This document shows positions 41,617 through 50,931 of a stretch of DNA of 64,000 nt, piece by piece. Every line of letters begins with the position of its first letter. The stretch's first letter is position 1. This DNA is from an uncultured Bacteroidales bacterium. GTDB lineage: Bacteria > Bacteroidota > Bacteroidia > Bacteroidales > F082. Below the pieces are notes generated by a model. That model searched no databases. It saw only the letters and a list, made by a program, of their open reading frames with translations, and was not told the DNA's origin. Both the position numbers and the translations under genes were made by a program. The stretch spans positions 78,818-142,817 of the forward strand of contig ONKA01000002.1 in the NCBI GenBank assembly GCA_900318265.1, written 5' to 3'.

Positions 41617-42789
41617 ATGAAAAAAGTAATGATTTTGCTGGTCATCGCCCTCACGGCTAACGTGATGATGGCCCAAAAGAAAGACAGAACCGACGCTTTC
41701 ATGTACAACAAGAACGGCCAATACGAGAAGGCCATGAAGTCCATCGAGAAGTGCGTCAACCACGAACAATTCCTCGGTATGAAGCCCAACGATCAGTCGC
41801 AAGCTTGGTTGTATCGTGCCGCTATCTACCAGAACATTCTGCAATCGGGTGACGAGGCGCTGATGGCTCAGGCACCTAACGCTTTGGAAATTATCTACGA
41901 ATCGCTGATGAAGTGCATGGAAAACAAGGACTTCCTTGACGACAACAAACAGGATATCTATTCCCGCGTGATGTCGGTCATGAACAACTACTATACGAAA
42001 GCCGCCGATGACTACAACACCGGTAAGTTTGCGGAAGCAGCCCCCTTGTTCAAGAAGGCATACGACATCGCCAAGTCACTGGGTAGCCAGGACGCCAACG
42101 AGATGCTGAACCTCGCTGCCACTTCGGCCTTGAGAGCCCAGGATTACAACACGGCTTTGACCTATTTCAACGAGGTGAAGAACAATGGTGCCGACGGTGT
42201 GGATGTTTACAAGCACCTTGCCGCTTGCTACAACGGTCTGGGCGATGCCGAGCAGGCCATGGCTATGATCAATGCAGGTCTTGAGAAAGACCCCAGCGAC
42301 GCCAGCCTCATCGTTGAGAAAGTCAACGCCTACATGAAGGAAGGCAGAGCTGCTGAAGCTGTTGCCGACCTCAACAAGCTGCGCGAACTTGATCCCAACA
42401 ATGCCCAGCTGCTCTTCGCTCTTGGTACTATCTACGGCGATGAGAACAACAAGGACCTCTATGACGTGGAAAAGGCCCGCAAGTTCTATGAGGACGCCCT
42501 TGCAGTCAATCCGGACTACTACGATGCCACCTACAACATCGGTGTGCTCTACATGGGCATGGCTAACAAGTACATTGAGCAAGCCAACGAAATCACTGGT
42601 TTCTCGAAGAAGGAACAGGATCAGTACAACGGCTTGATTGAGCAGGCTAACGAGATGTTGCGTACGGGTCTGCCTTACCTGAAGAAGGCCTACGACGCAC
42701 AACCTTCTGACGACGTGAAGAACGTGCTGAAGTCCATCTATGTGAAGCTGAACATGATGGAAGAAGTGAAGGCTTTGATGGGCGAATAA
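41617..42789 (+). CDS. secreted tetratricopeptide-repeat protein
   Basis: MKKVMILLVIALTANVMMA signal, then TPR-like repeats (..ALTYFNEVKNNGADGVDVYKHLAACYNGLGDAEQAMAMINAGLEKDP..). A strong terminator follows at 42817-42846. Confidence 0.8.
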   Translation: MKKVMILLVIALTANVMMAQKKDRTDAFMYNKNGQYEKAMKSIEKCVNHEQFLGMKPNDQSQAWLYRAAIYQNILQSGDEALMAQAPNALEIIYESLMKCMENKDFLDDNKQDIYSRVMSVMNNYYTKAADDYNTGKFAEAAPLFKKAYDIAKSLGSQDANEMLNLAATSALRAQDYNTALTYFNEVKNNGADGVDVYKHLAACYNGLGDAEQAMAMINAGLEKDPSDASLIVEKVNAYMKEGRAAEAVADLNKLRELDPNNAQLLFALGTIYGDENNKDLYDVEKARKFYEDALAVNPDYYDATYNIGVLYMGMANKYIEQANEITGFSKKEQDQYNGLIEQANEMLRTGLPYLKKAYDAQPSDDVKNVLKSIYVKLNMMEEVKALMGE

Positions 42790-42816
42790 GTTCGTTCCGA
42801 CTTAAAGTAACAAAGG

Positions 42817-42846
42817 AGCCCCGAAGTTTTTCGGGGCTTTTTTTTG
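42817..42846 (+). terminator. intrinsic terminator after the TPR gene
   Basis: AGCCCCGAA-gttt-TTCGGGGCT followed by TTTTTTTT. Confidence 0.85.
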
Positions 42847-42876
42847 TTTTTGTTTGGGAAACTCAATATAGTTTCC

Positions 42877-42884
42877 TAATTTTG
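42877..42884 (+). promoter_or_regulatory. -7 box TAATTTTG (TerB/Sel1/DUF3846-like gene)
   Basis: 26 nt before ATG 42910, just after the terminator at 42817-42846. Confidence 0.6.
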
Positions 42885-42909
42885 CCCTCATAATCAAAAA
42901 AGAAAGACC

Positions 42910-45387
42910 ATGACAAAAAACACGATTATGGGGCATATCATCAATCTGTTGTCGATTGCCTATGCCGACGGTAGCATTACCGAAGAGGAAAAAAACCTTA
43001 TCTGTAATATCTCCGACAACCTCGGCCTGACGAATGAGGAGTTCAACCATTGTTTGGCCACATGGCAGGAAACCGACGAAGACATCCTCAAGGTATCGAT
43101 GCCCGAGGCGGAAGAGGATAGGATTGCCTTCTTGAAGAACATGACCCTGTTGATGATGATCGATGGCGAAATCGACGAGAACGAACGCCAATATATTTCC
43201 GATGCTGCTGAGCTATATGGCTTCGATGGCGAGCAGGCCGTCAATTACTTGATTAAACAGATTCAAGAGGAATACGGCGGCGGTGGCGAAGCAGAGGAAG
43301 AAGAGCAGGAGGAAGAGGAAGAAGAGGATGAGTTGTTTGAAGGAGTTGACGATGAAAATAATATTGATTCGGTGTGGTTCGATTTGGAGTCAAAAAACAT
43401 CGAGGAAGCTTTTGATACCATCTATGTGTCTGCACTGCGTAACGAGGTTGCCAGAAACATCTTTTTGGTCATCCCTGGCATCGACACGCGTTTGTTCAGG
43501 CTGACCGAGGAACAGATTGATTTGGTAAAGATGACAGCCGAAAAAGGCTATCCTTTGGCCAAATACGTGTTGGGTCGCTATTACCAAGTGGTGAGGCCAG
43601 AGGGAAGCACCATAGGTGATGCCGGCGAGCTCCTGAAAGCCGCTGCCGACGATGGCATAGCCGATGCCTTTTGGGCTTTGGCTACCATGGTGGAAGATGG
43701 CTATTATGGCCCCGTCAACAAGGAGAACTACGATAACTTGATGGGTAGCGCTTTGGAAGGAGGTAGCGGCATGGCTATCAGAAAGCAATTGTTGGATATG
43801 GTCTACGGCCTGCATGGCATGAAGGCCAATCCAAAGAAAGCCATCGACACCATCCTAAACAAGATCTACACCAGTGAGATGAACGAGAAGACCTATCCTT
43901 ATTTCTATGCCGTGATGGGCGATGCCTATAAGGAAATGGGCAACGAATCAAAGGCGGACGAATGTTACGAGAAATCTGTCGATTTGGGCTATTTCGAGGC
44001 TTCTGCTTCGAGGTTTGTGAACAAGATCAGTGGTCCCAACGCTGAGTTCAACAGGGAGATGTTCAACTTCTTCCTTGACTTCGGTTGCGACGGGAAAGAC
44101 CCCAACTGTTTCTTGTACCGAGCCTTGGAAGGCATTCATTTCTATGACAAGAAAGACGCTGCCCAACAACAGGTCCTCACTGAGAAGATCAAGGAAGACC
44201 TTGAGAAAGCCGTGGATTTGGGCCAAGGCAGGGCGGCTTTCTATTTGGGTTATTGCAACTACTATGGCAAATATGGCTTTGCCGAGGATAACAACGCGGC
44301 CTGGCAATGGTTTTGCAAGGGCATAGATCTGGAGGATGGCTATGCCTATGGTGGTCTTGCCCAGATGGTGGATGAGGGCTTCTGTCCCCAAGGATTGCCC
44401 GAGGACTTTGCCGCCACCTGCCGACTGAATGGACTACGTCGTGGTAACCTGAGCCTTCTGGACAAGGTGTTGGAGGCCTATCGGGCAGGCAAGTTGCAGG
44501 ACTGCGCTGACGAAATCGAGAAAATCTATATTCCCATGACTCAACAAGAGGACGATAACCCCGCCGTCTCAACACTGGTCGTTGTCAACGCGGACGGCAA
44601 AGCCTTGCTCTGCCATGTCGAGAAGAGCGAGTGGAACGGTGTGCCCGCCCTCATTGGCGCCAAACGTCTGGCTCCTATCCGAGTGAATGGCTTGGATGAG
44701 ATAGGGAAGAGGATAGGCTTGACGGATCGTCTCACGGCATGGACCGACCTTGAGGCACCACGAAAAGGATTGCCTGTCAACGCTGTTTCGGCACAATTCT
44801 ATCCCGGTATCATCGCAGGCGACATCGTCTTCTCGTTGGCCGACAACCTTTACGATCCCATGCCATTCTATGGCACCGAAGAGGCATTGGCCTTGATTAG
44901 CGCCTTGGGTGCCGATTTGGTGAATCCCGAGGTTCAAGAACTGAATGTCCTGGTCAAGGAGAGGAAACCCATCCAGCCGACACGTAGCATGCTGAGCAAT
45001 GATGGGTTCATCGCAAGGGTCGAACCTGACTGTAAGACCTACATCTTGAGATGTGGCAAGGACTTCTTCAAGTTGTTTGAAGAGGAGATGTACGATCCCG
45101 CAAGACTCGATAGCCTTTATGCAGTGGGCCAGCGTTTGAATCTTCCGGGTCGCCTAACTGCTTGGATTGACAACACCGCCTTGCGCAAACAGATGGTCGG
45201 GATGAATACCATTAAGGACAACATAGTTGGCAACAGCTTCTATCCTGGCAAGGTTGCCGACAATATCTTCATTGGAATGGAAGACGAAAATTTCAATATG
45301 ATGACGTTCAGCAGTGCGGCTCAACTGAAGATCGCCCTCATGGCCTTGGGTATAATGCCGGGGGACATCATGGAGGTGAAAGATTAG
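42910..45387 (+). CDS. cytoplasmic multidomain protein: TerB-like N-terminus, poly-acidic linker, Sel1-like repeats, two tandem DUF3846-like C-terminal domains
   Basis: 825 aa with no signal peptide or TM helix. Two ..ADGSITEEE.. / ..IDGEIDENE.. motifs mark a TerB-type helical domain. The linker is GGGGEAEEEEQEEEEEEDE. Sel1-like units include AEKGYPLAKYVLGRYY, AADDGIADAFWALA and AVDLGQGRAAFYLGYCNYYG. The two C-terminal units share RLTAW.D..(A)LRK..FYPG..A(G)D(N)I(V)F..ALG. Domain names are recalled by eye, not searched. Confidence 0.8.
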   Translation: MTKNTIMGHIINLLSIAYADGSITEEEKNLICNISDNLGLTNEEFNHCLATWQETDEDILKVSMPEAEEDRIAFLKNMTLLMMIDGEIDENERQYISDAAELYGFDGEQAVNYLIKQIQEEYGGGGEAEEEEQEEEEEEDELFEGVDDENNIDSVWFDLESKNIEEAFDTIYVSALRNEVARNIFLVIPGIDTRLFRLTEEQIDLVKMTAEKGYPLAKYVLGRYYQVVRPEGSTIGDAGELLKAAADDGIADAFWALATMVEDGYYGPVNKENYDNLMGSALEGGSGMAIRKQLLDMVYGLHGMKANPKKAIDTILNKIYTSEMNEKTYPYFYAVMGDAYKEMGNESKADECYEKSVDLGYFEASASRFVNKISGPNAEFNREMFNFFLDFGCDGKDPNCFLYRALEGIHFYDKKDAAQQQVLTEKIKEDLEKAVDLGQGRAAFYLGYCNYYGKYGFAEDNNAAWQWFCKGIDLEDGYAYGGLAQMVDEGFCPQGLPEDFAATCRLNGLRRGNLSLLDKVLEAYRAGKLQDCADEIEKIYIPMTQQEDDNPAVSTLVVVNADGKALLCHVEKSEWNGVPALIGAKRLAPIRVNGLDEIGKRIGLTDRLTAWTDLEAPRKGLPVNAVSAQFYPGIIAGDIVFSLADNLYDPMPFYGTEEALALISALGADLVNPEVQELNVLVKERKPIQPTRSMLSNDGFIARVEPDCKTYILRCGKDFFKLFEEEMYDPARLDSLYAVGQRLNLPGRLTAWIDNTALRKQMVGMNTIKDNIVGNSFYPGKVADNIFIGMEDENFNMMTFSSAAQLKIALMALGIMPGDIMEVKD

Positions 45388-45421
45388 TAAAGCAAAAAAC
45401 GCTTTTGTTTATGAAAAACAC

Positions 45422-45429
45422 TATCTTTG
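45422..45429 (+). promoter_or_regulatory. -7 box TATCTTTG (nfnAB-like fusion)
   Basis: 43 nt before ATG 45472. Confidence 0.6.
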
Positions 45430-45471
45430 CAGAATAATCTGAATTAAAAACTAACTCTTATTCCATACATT

Positions 45472-47742
45472 ATGTTCGAAATCTTACACAAAGAAACCTT
45501 CGCGGCTGAGACTTATCTCATGGATGTCTATGCGCCGCGTATCGCCCATTCGGCCCTGCCGGGTCAGTTTCTCATCATCAAAATGGAGGAGAACTCGGAG
45601 CGTATCCCGTTGACCATCAGCGACTACCATCGTGTCAGAGGTACGGTGACCATCGTCTTCAAGGCCATCGGCGAGTCGACCAAGAAGATGGCTGAATACA
45701 AGGAAGGTGACCGCTTTGCCGACATCGTCGGTCCCTTGGGCAAGCCTTCTGAATTTGCCACGATGACCGCCGAGGAGTTGCGTAAGCGCTCGTTTGTCTT
45801 CATCGGCGGTGGTGTGGGTATAGCCCCGATCTATCCTCAGGTGAAGTGGTTGAACGACCATGGTGCCACTGCCGACTGTATCATCGGTGCCCGTACCAAG
45901 GACCTGCTCATCTTCGAAAAGGAATTGGCCGAGGTCAGTAACCTGTATGTCACCTCCGACGACGGCTCTACAGGTCGCAAGGGCTTGGTGACCGATGTGT
46001 TGCGTCAGTTGGTGGCCAGCGGCAAACAATATGACGAAGCTGTGGCCATTGGCCCGATGATCATGATGAAGTTTGCCACCAAGACCTGCGAGGAACTGGG
46101 TATCCGCTGCACGGTGTCGCTCAACTCGATCATGGTCGATGGCACAGGTATGTGCGGTGCTTGCCGTGTGAGCATTGGTGGAAAGACCAAGTTCACCTGC
46201 ATCGATGGTCCCGAGTTCCTGGGTAAGGACGTCGACTTCGACGAGGCCATGAAGCGTCAAGCTATGTATAATAATGTGGTGACGCGCAAGCAACTTCAAG
46301 CCGAGGAGAAAGCCGAAGGCCACAAGTGCCATATCGGAGGCATCTCTGAAGAGAGCTTTGACAAGAAAAAACGTGTTCCCGTGCCGGAGCAGAAGCCCGA
46401 GATTCGCGCCCACAACTTCGATGAGGTGTGCCTCGGCTATTCGGCCGACATGGCCATCATGGAGGCCCAGCGTTGTCTGCATTGCAAGAACCCGCAATGT
46501 GTGGAGCATTGCCCTGTCAGCGTCAACATCCCGGACTTCATCGCTCGCGTGGCCCAAGGCGACTTCGCAGGCGCTGCCGGTGTCATCAGCTGCGAATCGG
46601 CATTGCCTGCCGTATGCGGCCGTGTATGCCCGCAGGAGACCCAGTGCGAAGGTGCCTGCGTGATGGGCAAGAAGTTCGAGCCTATCGCCATCGGTAAACT
46701 GGAGCGTTTCGTAGGTGACTACGCCATCGAACACGACCTGCACTTCAGCAGCCAAAGCATTCCGAACGGTCACAAGGTTGCTATTATCGGCAGTGGTCCA
46801 TCAGGCTTGACCTGCGCCAAGGACCTGCTCTCGATGGGTTACGATGTCACCATCTTCGAGGCTTTGCACGAGTTAGGCGGCGTGTTGATGTATGGCATTC
46901 CGTCGTTCCGTCTGCCAAAGGACACCGTCGTGAAGAAAGAGGTGGAGAGCGTGCGTAAGTTGGGCGCCAAGTTCGAGAAGGACGTGGTCGTCGGTCGCAC
47001 CATCACCATCGACGAGTTGATGAAACGCGAAGGCTTTGAGGCTGTGTTTGTCGGCTCGGGTGCTGGCTTCCCGATGATGCTGAACGTGCCTGGCGAGAAC
47101 CTCTGCGGTGTGGTTTCGGCCAACGAGTTCCTGACCCGTAACAACCTGCTCTTCGCCTATAAGGAAGGCTATCAGACCCCGAACTATGTCGGTAAGAAAG
47201 TCGCCGTTGTCGGTGGCGGTAATGTGGCCATGGACGCCGCGCGTACCGCTTTGCGTCTCGGTGCCGAGGTGCATATCGTCTACCGTCGTTCCGAGGCCGA
47301 GCTGCCTGCGAGAGTGGAGGAGGTGCACCATGCCAAGGAAGAAGGTGTCATCTTCGACCTGTTGACGGCTCCTGTCGAGGTGCTGGGCGACGAAAACGGC
47401 TGGGTGAAAGGCTTCAAGTGCGTGAAATGCGAACTGGGCGAGCCCGATGCCTCAGGCCGTAGGAGCCCCGTTCCGATCAAGGACTCGGAGTTTGTCCTCG
47501 ATGTAGACATGATCATCATGGCTCTCGGTACCTCGCCAAACCCGTTGATTGGTAGCACGACGCGCAACCTCGACTTGAACAAGAAAGGTTGCATCGTGGC
47601 CGACGAGGTGGGCACGACCTCGCGACCTGGCATCTTCGCTGGTGGCGATGCGGTGAGTGGTGCCGCAACGGTCATCCTCGCCATGGGTGCCGGCAAGAAG
47701 GCCGCCAAGGCGATTGATGAGTACATTAAGAGCCTGCATTGA
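45472..47742 (+). CDS. fused NfnA-like (FAD/NAD-binding, 2Fe-2S) and NfnB/GltD-like (NADPH-dependent glutamate-synthase small-subunit type) oxidoreductase
   Basis: The N-terminal ~280 aa read FEILHKETFAAETYLMDVYAPRIA.. and ..CGACRVSIGGKTKFTCIDGPEF. The C-terminal ~470 aa read ..RCLHCKNPQCVEHCPVSVNIPDFI.., KVAIIGSGPSGLTCA and ..VVGGGNVAMDAART... Confidence 0.92.
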   Translation: MFEILHKETFAAETYLMDVYAPRIAHSALPGQFLIIKMEENSERIPLTISDYHRVRGTVTIVFKAIGESTKKMAEYKEGDRFADIVGPLGKPSEFATMTAEELRKRSFVFIGGGVGIAPIYPQVKWLNDHGATADCIIGARTKDLLIFEKELAEVSNLYVTSDDGSTGRKGLVTDVLRQLVASGKQYDEAVAIGPMIMMKFATKTCEELGIRCTVSLNSIMVDGTGMCGACRVSIGGKTKFTCIDGPEFLGKDVDFDEAMKRQAMYNNVVTRKQLQAEEKAEGHKCHIGGISEESFDKKKRVPVPEQKPEIRAHNFDEVCLGYSADMAIMEAQRCLHCKNPQCVEHCPVSVNIPDFIARVAQGDFAGAAGVISCESALPAVCGRVCPQETQCEGACVMGKKFEPIAIGKLERFVGDYAIEHDLHFSSQSIPNGHKVAIIGSGPSGLTCAKDLLSMGYDVTIFEALHELGGVLMYGIPSFRLPKDTVVKKEVESVRKLGAKFEKDVVVGRTITIDELMKREGFEAVFVGSGAGFPMMLNVPGENLCGVVSANEFLTRNNLLFAYKEGYQTPNYVGKKVAVVGGGNVAMDAARTALRLGAEVHIVYRRSEAELPARVEEVHHAKEEGVIFDLLTAPVEVLGDENGWVKGFKCVKCELGEPDASGRRSPVPIKDSEFVLDVDMIIMALGTSPNPLIGSTTRNLDLNKKGCIVADEVGTTSRPGIFAGGDAVSGAATVILAMGAGKKAAKAIDEYIKSLH

Positions 47743-47744
47743 TT

Positions 47745-47821
47745 GACAATGGCTCATGGCTTATGGCCTATGGCTGTCCCATCGTTAGGCAAGCCATAGG
47801 CCATTGTCATAAGCCATAGTC
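47745..47821. repeat. palindromic heptamer-periodic element, copy B
   Basis: The right arm AGCCATAGGCCATTGTCATAAGCCATAGTCAA is identical to copy A. The left arm is GACAATGGCTCATGGCTTATGGCCTATGGCT. It lies between convergent genes. Confidence 0.9.
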
Positions 47822-47829
47822 AATACAAA

Positions 47830-48129
47830 CTATTCCTTTATCTCCACATAAAACACCGTCGGGTCATCGTCCTCGCAGAATGACTCGTCCGTATAGTATT
47901 GTCCGGGTTTGTCGTCGTCTTGGAAGAGGATGAGTGTCACTTTCTTGAAGGGGATGGGTTGGCCGTTTTTGCTGTAACGCTCGATGTCGGCTTCGGTGAG
48001 ACCTTCCATGTGCATCATCTTAAGCATCATGGCGAGGTCGAGGTTGACGTTGAGCAGGTCCTGCTTCCACTCGATGCTGATGACCGCAGTGGTGTAGAGC
48101 TTAAAGTTTTTGACTTCGATTTTTTTCAT
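47830..48129 (-). CDS. hypothetical 99-aa acidic protein
   Basis: ORF is bracketed by two heptamer-periodic repeat elements. I found no recognisable family and no canonical -7 box upstream. Confidence 0.5.
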   Translation of the reverse strand: MKKIEVKNFKLYTTAVISIEWKQDLLNVNLDLAMMLKMMHMEGLTEADIERYSKNGQPIPFKKVTLILFQDDDKPGQYYTDESFCEDDDPTVFYVEIKE

Positions 48130-48138
48130 GGTAATTAG

Positions 48139-48209
48139 TTTGGCTACTGGCTGCTGGCTATTGGCTTATTTGGCAGTACAGCCAGAGGCCAAAAGCCAGA
48201 GGCCAGAAG
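48139..48209. repeat. heptamer-periodic element (CTGGCTn)n .. (GCCAGAG/GCCAAAA)n
   Basis: TTTGGCTA CTGGCTG CTGGCTA TTGGCTT ATTTGGC .. GCCAGAG GCCAAAA GCCAGAG GCCAGAA GC. The two halves are imperfect inverted copies. Confidence 0.8.
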
Positions 48210-48292
48210 CAATTTACTCCTACAAAAGTCCGAAAAAAAACCGAATTTGAAAGATTTTGCACGAAAATTGCACCCATTTGCCGTGAATTTTA

Positions 48293-48300
48293 TAATTTTG
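48293..48300 (+). promoter_or_regulatory. -7 box TAATTTTG (MORN-repeat gene)
   Basis: 25 nt before ATG 48325. Confidence 0.6.
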
Positions 48301-48324
48301 TCCAATCATAAAACGAATAAGACA

Positions 48325-48996
48325 ATGCGTAAGACTTTGATTATCATTGCAATGGCTTTCTTTGCCATGCCTATGTTTGCACAAACGATTGAAAGCGTCG
48401 ACGTTTCAAAAGCCATTAATGGGAAATTCACCACTGAGACAAGTGAATACACCATAGAAGGTAATGTTGTGAACGGGAAGAAAGAAGGCACCTGGGTGGA
48501 GTATCTCAACAACAACAGCTATTTGCCCAAGAAGATTGTGAATTACATGAACGGCAAGCGCAATGGCATCTACATTGAGATTGACAAGACAGGATCGATT
48601 ACCAAGAAAGCCGAGTACAAGAACGACGAACTCGACGGACAATACAGCGAATGGTATCGTGGTGGCCGTCTCTCCAAGATGCACACCTACAGAAATGGCA
48701 AAATGGACGGAAAGCAGGTGCTCTGCTACGAAAAGGGCGGTAACTTGGAAGTGTCGGAATACAAGAATGGCTATCGCAATGGTTTGACGACTTGGTTCTA
48801 CGAGAGTGGTATCAAGAAGATGACCATCGAGTATAAGGACGGCCAGTTCAACGGTCTCCAGCAGGCTTTCTATGAGGATGGCTCACTCAAGAAAGAAGCC
48901 ACCTACAAGAATGGAAAGCTCGTTGGCAAGGAGAAGACCTACTCTGAGAAACCGAATATCAAGAACTCCGAAAAGGAGAAGGCTGGAAAGAAGTAA
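48325..48996 (+). CDS. secreted MORN-variant repeat protein (YwqK-family-like repeats)
   Basis: MRKTLIIIAMAFFAMPMFA signal, then ~7 repeats of the type NGK.(D/N)G....(W/Y)Y..G. A -7 box lies at 48293-48300. Confidence 0.8.
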   Translation: MRKTLIIIAMAFFAMPMFAQTIESVDVSKAINGKFTTETSEYTIEGNVVNGKKEGTWVEYLNNNSYLPKKIVNYMNGKRNGIYIEIDKTGSITKKAEYKNDELDGQYSEWYRGGRLSKMHTYRNGKMDGKQVLCYEKGGNLEVSEYKNGYRNGLTTWFYESGIKKMTIEYKDGQFNGLQQAFYEDGSLKKEATYKNGKLVGKEKTYSEKPNIKNSEKEKAGKK

Positions 48997-48999
48997 GCG

Positions 49000-50931
49000 T
49001 TGAACCGTAATTTCCAGATCCTCTTATTTTTGTGTATGGGTTTGATGCCTTTAAGGCTTCATGCCCAAGATACGATTTTGCTACAATCCGTTGAGATTAC
49101 AGCAGAGAAGAACGACATCGAGGCGTTGAAGCCTTTGGTGGCGAAGAAACTGGATACCTTGGTGCTGCAATCCAAAAGCACGTCCAACCTCTCCGACTTA
49201 CTCATCCAGCATAGTCCCGTTTTCATCAAGACTTACGGGCCGGGCGGTACTTCCACGGCTTCGTTTCGTGGCACGACGGCCAGCCATACGCTTGTGCTTT
49301 GGAACGGATTTCAGCTCAATGCACCGAGTCTCGGACAGGTCGATTTTAGCACCATCCCTGTGTTTCTAGCCGATGACGTCAGCCTCAACTGGGGCAGCGG
49401 TACCTCTAACAACAGCGGTGGCTTGGGCGGTGCCGTCAACATCGATAACACCCACCATTTTGGCGATGGTTTTCTGCTCGATTTGAAGCAGACCTACGGC
49501 AGCTTCAACACTTTGGGAAGTTTTGTCACAGTGGGAAACTATGGCAAGAAGTTCTCCTTCCGTGTGAAAGCCTATCGCAACTCGTCGGACAACGATTTCG
49601 AATACGAGAACCTGGCCACCATCCCGCATCAGAAGATGCAGCAGCGCAATGCCGACTTCGTCGACTACGGCGTGATGCCTGAGATGAGCGTACTGCTGGG
49701 CAGAAATGTCATCTCCGTGTCGTCGTGGAACCAATGGAACAACCGCAACCTGCCGCCCATCATGCCCAACGTGTTCAACGTCAACTCGGAGGAGTGGACG
49801 AAGGACAACTTTTCGCGCAACTTCGTCTCGTTCAAGACCTTTTGGGAGACGGGCAGCCTTCAGCTGAAATCAGCGGCCTTCGTGGAAAACCAGCGTTATT
49901 TTTTGTTGACGCGTAATCCTGTCACCGACGATTCGGTCACCTTTATCAACTCTGAGAACCACGCCTTGATCCTGCACCAGATAGCCAACTTGGAGCAGCA
50001 CCTCTACCAGAGCTGGACCCTGAAGGCCAAATTGCAGTGGGACAACGAGCAGGTGAGGAGCAACAATTATGAGGGGTTGAAGCGTCGCAACCTGGTGTCG
50101 GCCTACACTGCTATCAACGGCGAGCCTTTCGACTGTGCCCAACTCAACCTCACGGCGCGTTACGACTGGACCGACGGCAAGGCCATGGGCTTGTTTCCGA
50201 CGGCTACCTTCTCTTACCAGTTGCCTTTTTACAAGGCCATGAGTTTCACCTTGGGCTACAGCCATAACTATCGCAATCCTTCCTTGAACGACCTCTATTG
50301 GTATCCTGGAGGTAATCCCGACCTCTTGCCCGAGATTGGGCGCACCGTCGACTTGGCTGTGAAATATGGCTTGCAGAAAGGACCTTTCAAGTTCGACCTG
50401 CGCACTGGTGGCTATTTCTCCAACGTGAAGAATTGGATCCAATGGATGCCGACCTCATATCGTTTTTGGGTGCCGGAGAACGTGTCCAAAGTATATGCAC
50501 GCGGTATAGAGAACCACATTGATGCCGCTTTTGTTAAAGACAACTGGAAGGTTACATTGTCGGGCAACTACGTCTTCACCGTCACCACCGACGAGAGCGA
50601 GAAAGCCCACCAACAAGGCACCAATGGCAAACAGCTCATCTACATCCCGCGCCACCATGCCAACGTGTTTCTCAACACCCAGTGGAAGACATGGAACCTA
50701 AGCTACACCGTTGAAGTGACGGGTCGTCGCAGCACCTCCTACAACGAACAAGAGTTCTTTGCCTACGACCTTCCTTCGTATGTGTTGCACCATGTTGCCC
50801 TTGGCAAGCAGCTCAAGAAGTTCCGCATCGAGTTGCGCTGCAACAACCTCACTGACAAGGATTACCAGAACGTCATTTGGCGTGCCATGCCGGGGAGGAG
50901 TTTTGAGGTGATGGGGGAGTTTAGGTTTTAG
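49000..50931 (+). CDS. TonB-dependent receptor
   Basis: The signal-like N-terminus requires the TTG start at 49000. The plug reads ..SVEITAEK..LSDLLIQHSPVFIKTYGPGGTSTASFRGTTASHTLVLWNG... A long beta-barrel ends in ..GEFRF. Confidence 0.88.
   Translation: MNRNFQILLFLCMGLMPLRLHAQDTILLQSVEITAEKNDIEALKPLVAKKLDTLVLQSKSTSNLSDLLIQHSPVFIKTYGPGGTSTASFRGTTASHTLVLWNGFQLNAPSLGQVDFSTIPVFLADDVSLNWGSGTSNNSGGLGGAVNIDNTHHFGDGFLLDLKQTYGSFNTLGSFVTVGNYGKKFSFRVKAYRNSSDNDFEYENLATIPHQKMQQRNADFVDYGVMPEMSVLLGRNVISVSSWNQWNNRNLPPIMPNVFNVNSEEWTKDNFSRNFVSFKTFWETGSLQLKSAAFVENQRYFLLTRNPVTDDSVTFINSENHALILHQIANLEQHLYQSWTLKAKLQWDNEQVRSNNYEGLKRRNLVSAYTAINGEPFDCAQLNLTARYDWTDGKAMGLFPTATFSYQLPFYKAMSFTLGYSHNYRNPSLNDLYWYPGGNPDLLPEIGRTVDLAVKYGLQKGPFKFDLRTGGYFSNVKNWIQWMPTSYRFWVPENVSKVYARGIENHIDAAFVKDNWKVTLSGNYVFTVTTDESEKAHQQGTNGKQLIYIPRHHANVFLNTQWKTWNLSYTVEVTGRRSTSYNEQEFFAYDLPSYVLHHVALGKQLKKFRIELRCNNLTDKDYQNVIWRAMPGRSFEVMGEFRF

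Noticed and set aside
43285-43335. GAA/GAG-rich simple sequence considered as a phase-variable SSR.
   Set aside because: It is an imperfect mix of GAA/GAG/CAG codons encoding a poly-Glu linker. It is not a homogeneous repeat tract likely to slip.
48325-48996. The YwqK-type 'antitoxin' label suggested a toxin-antitoxin pair.
   Set aside because: The protein has a clear Sec signal peptide. No toxin-like partner gene is adjacent. It is better described as a secreted MORN-variant repeat protein.
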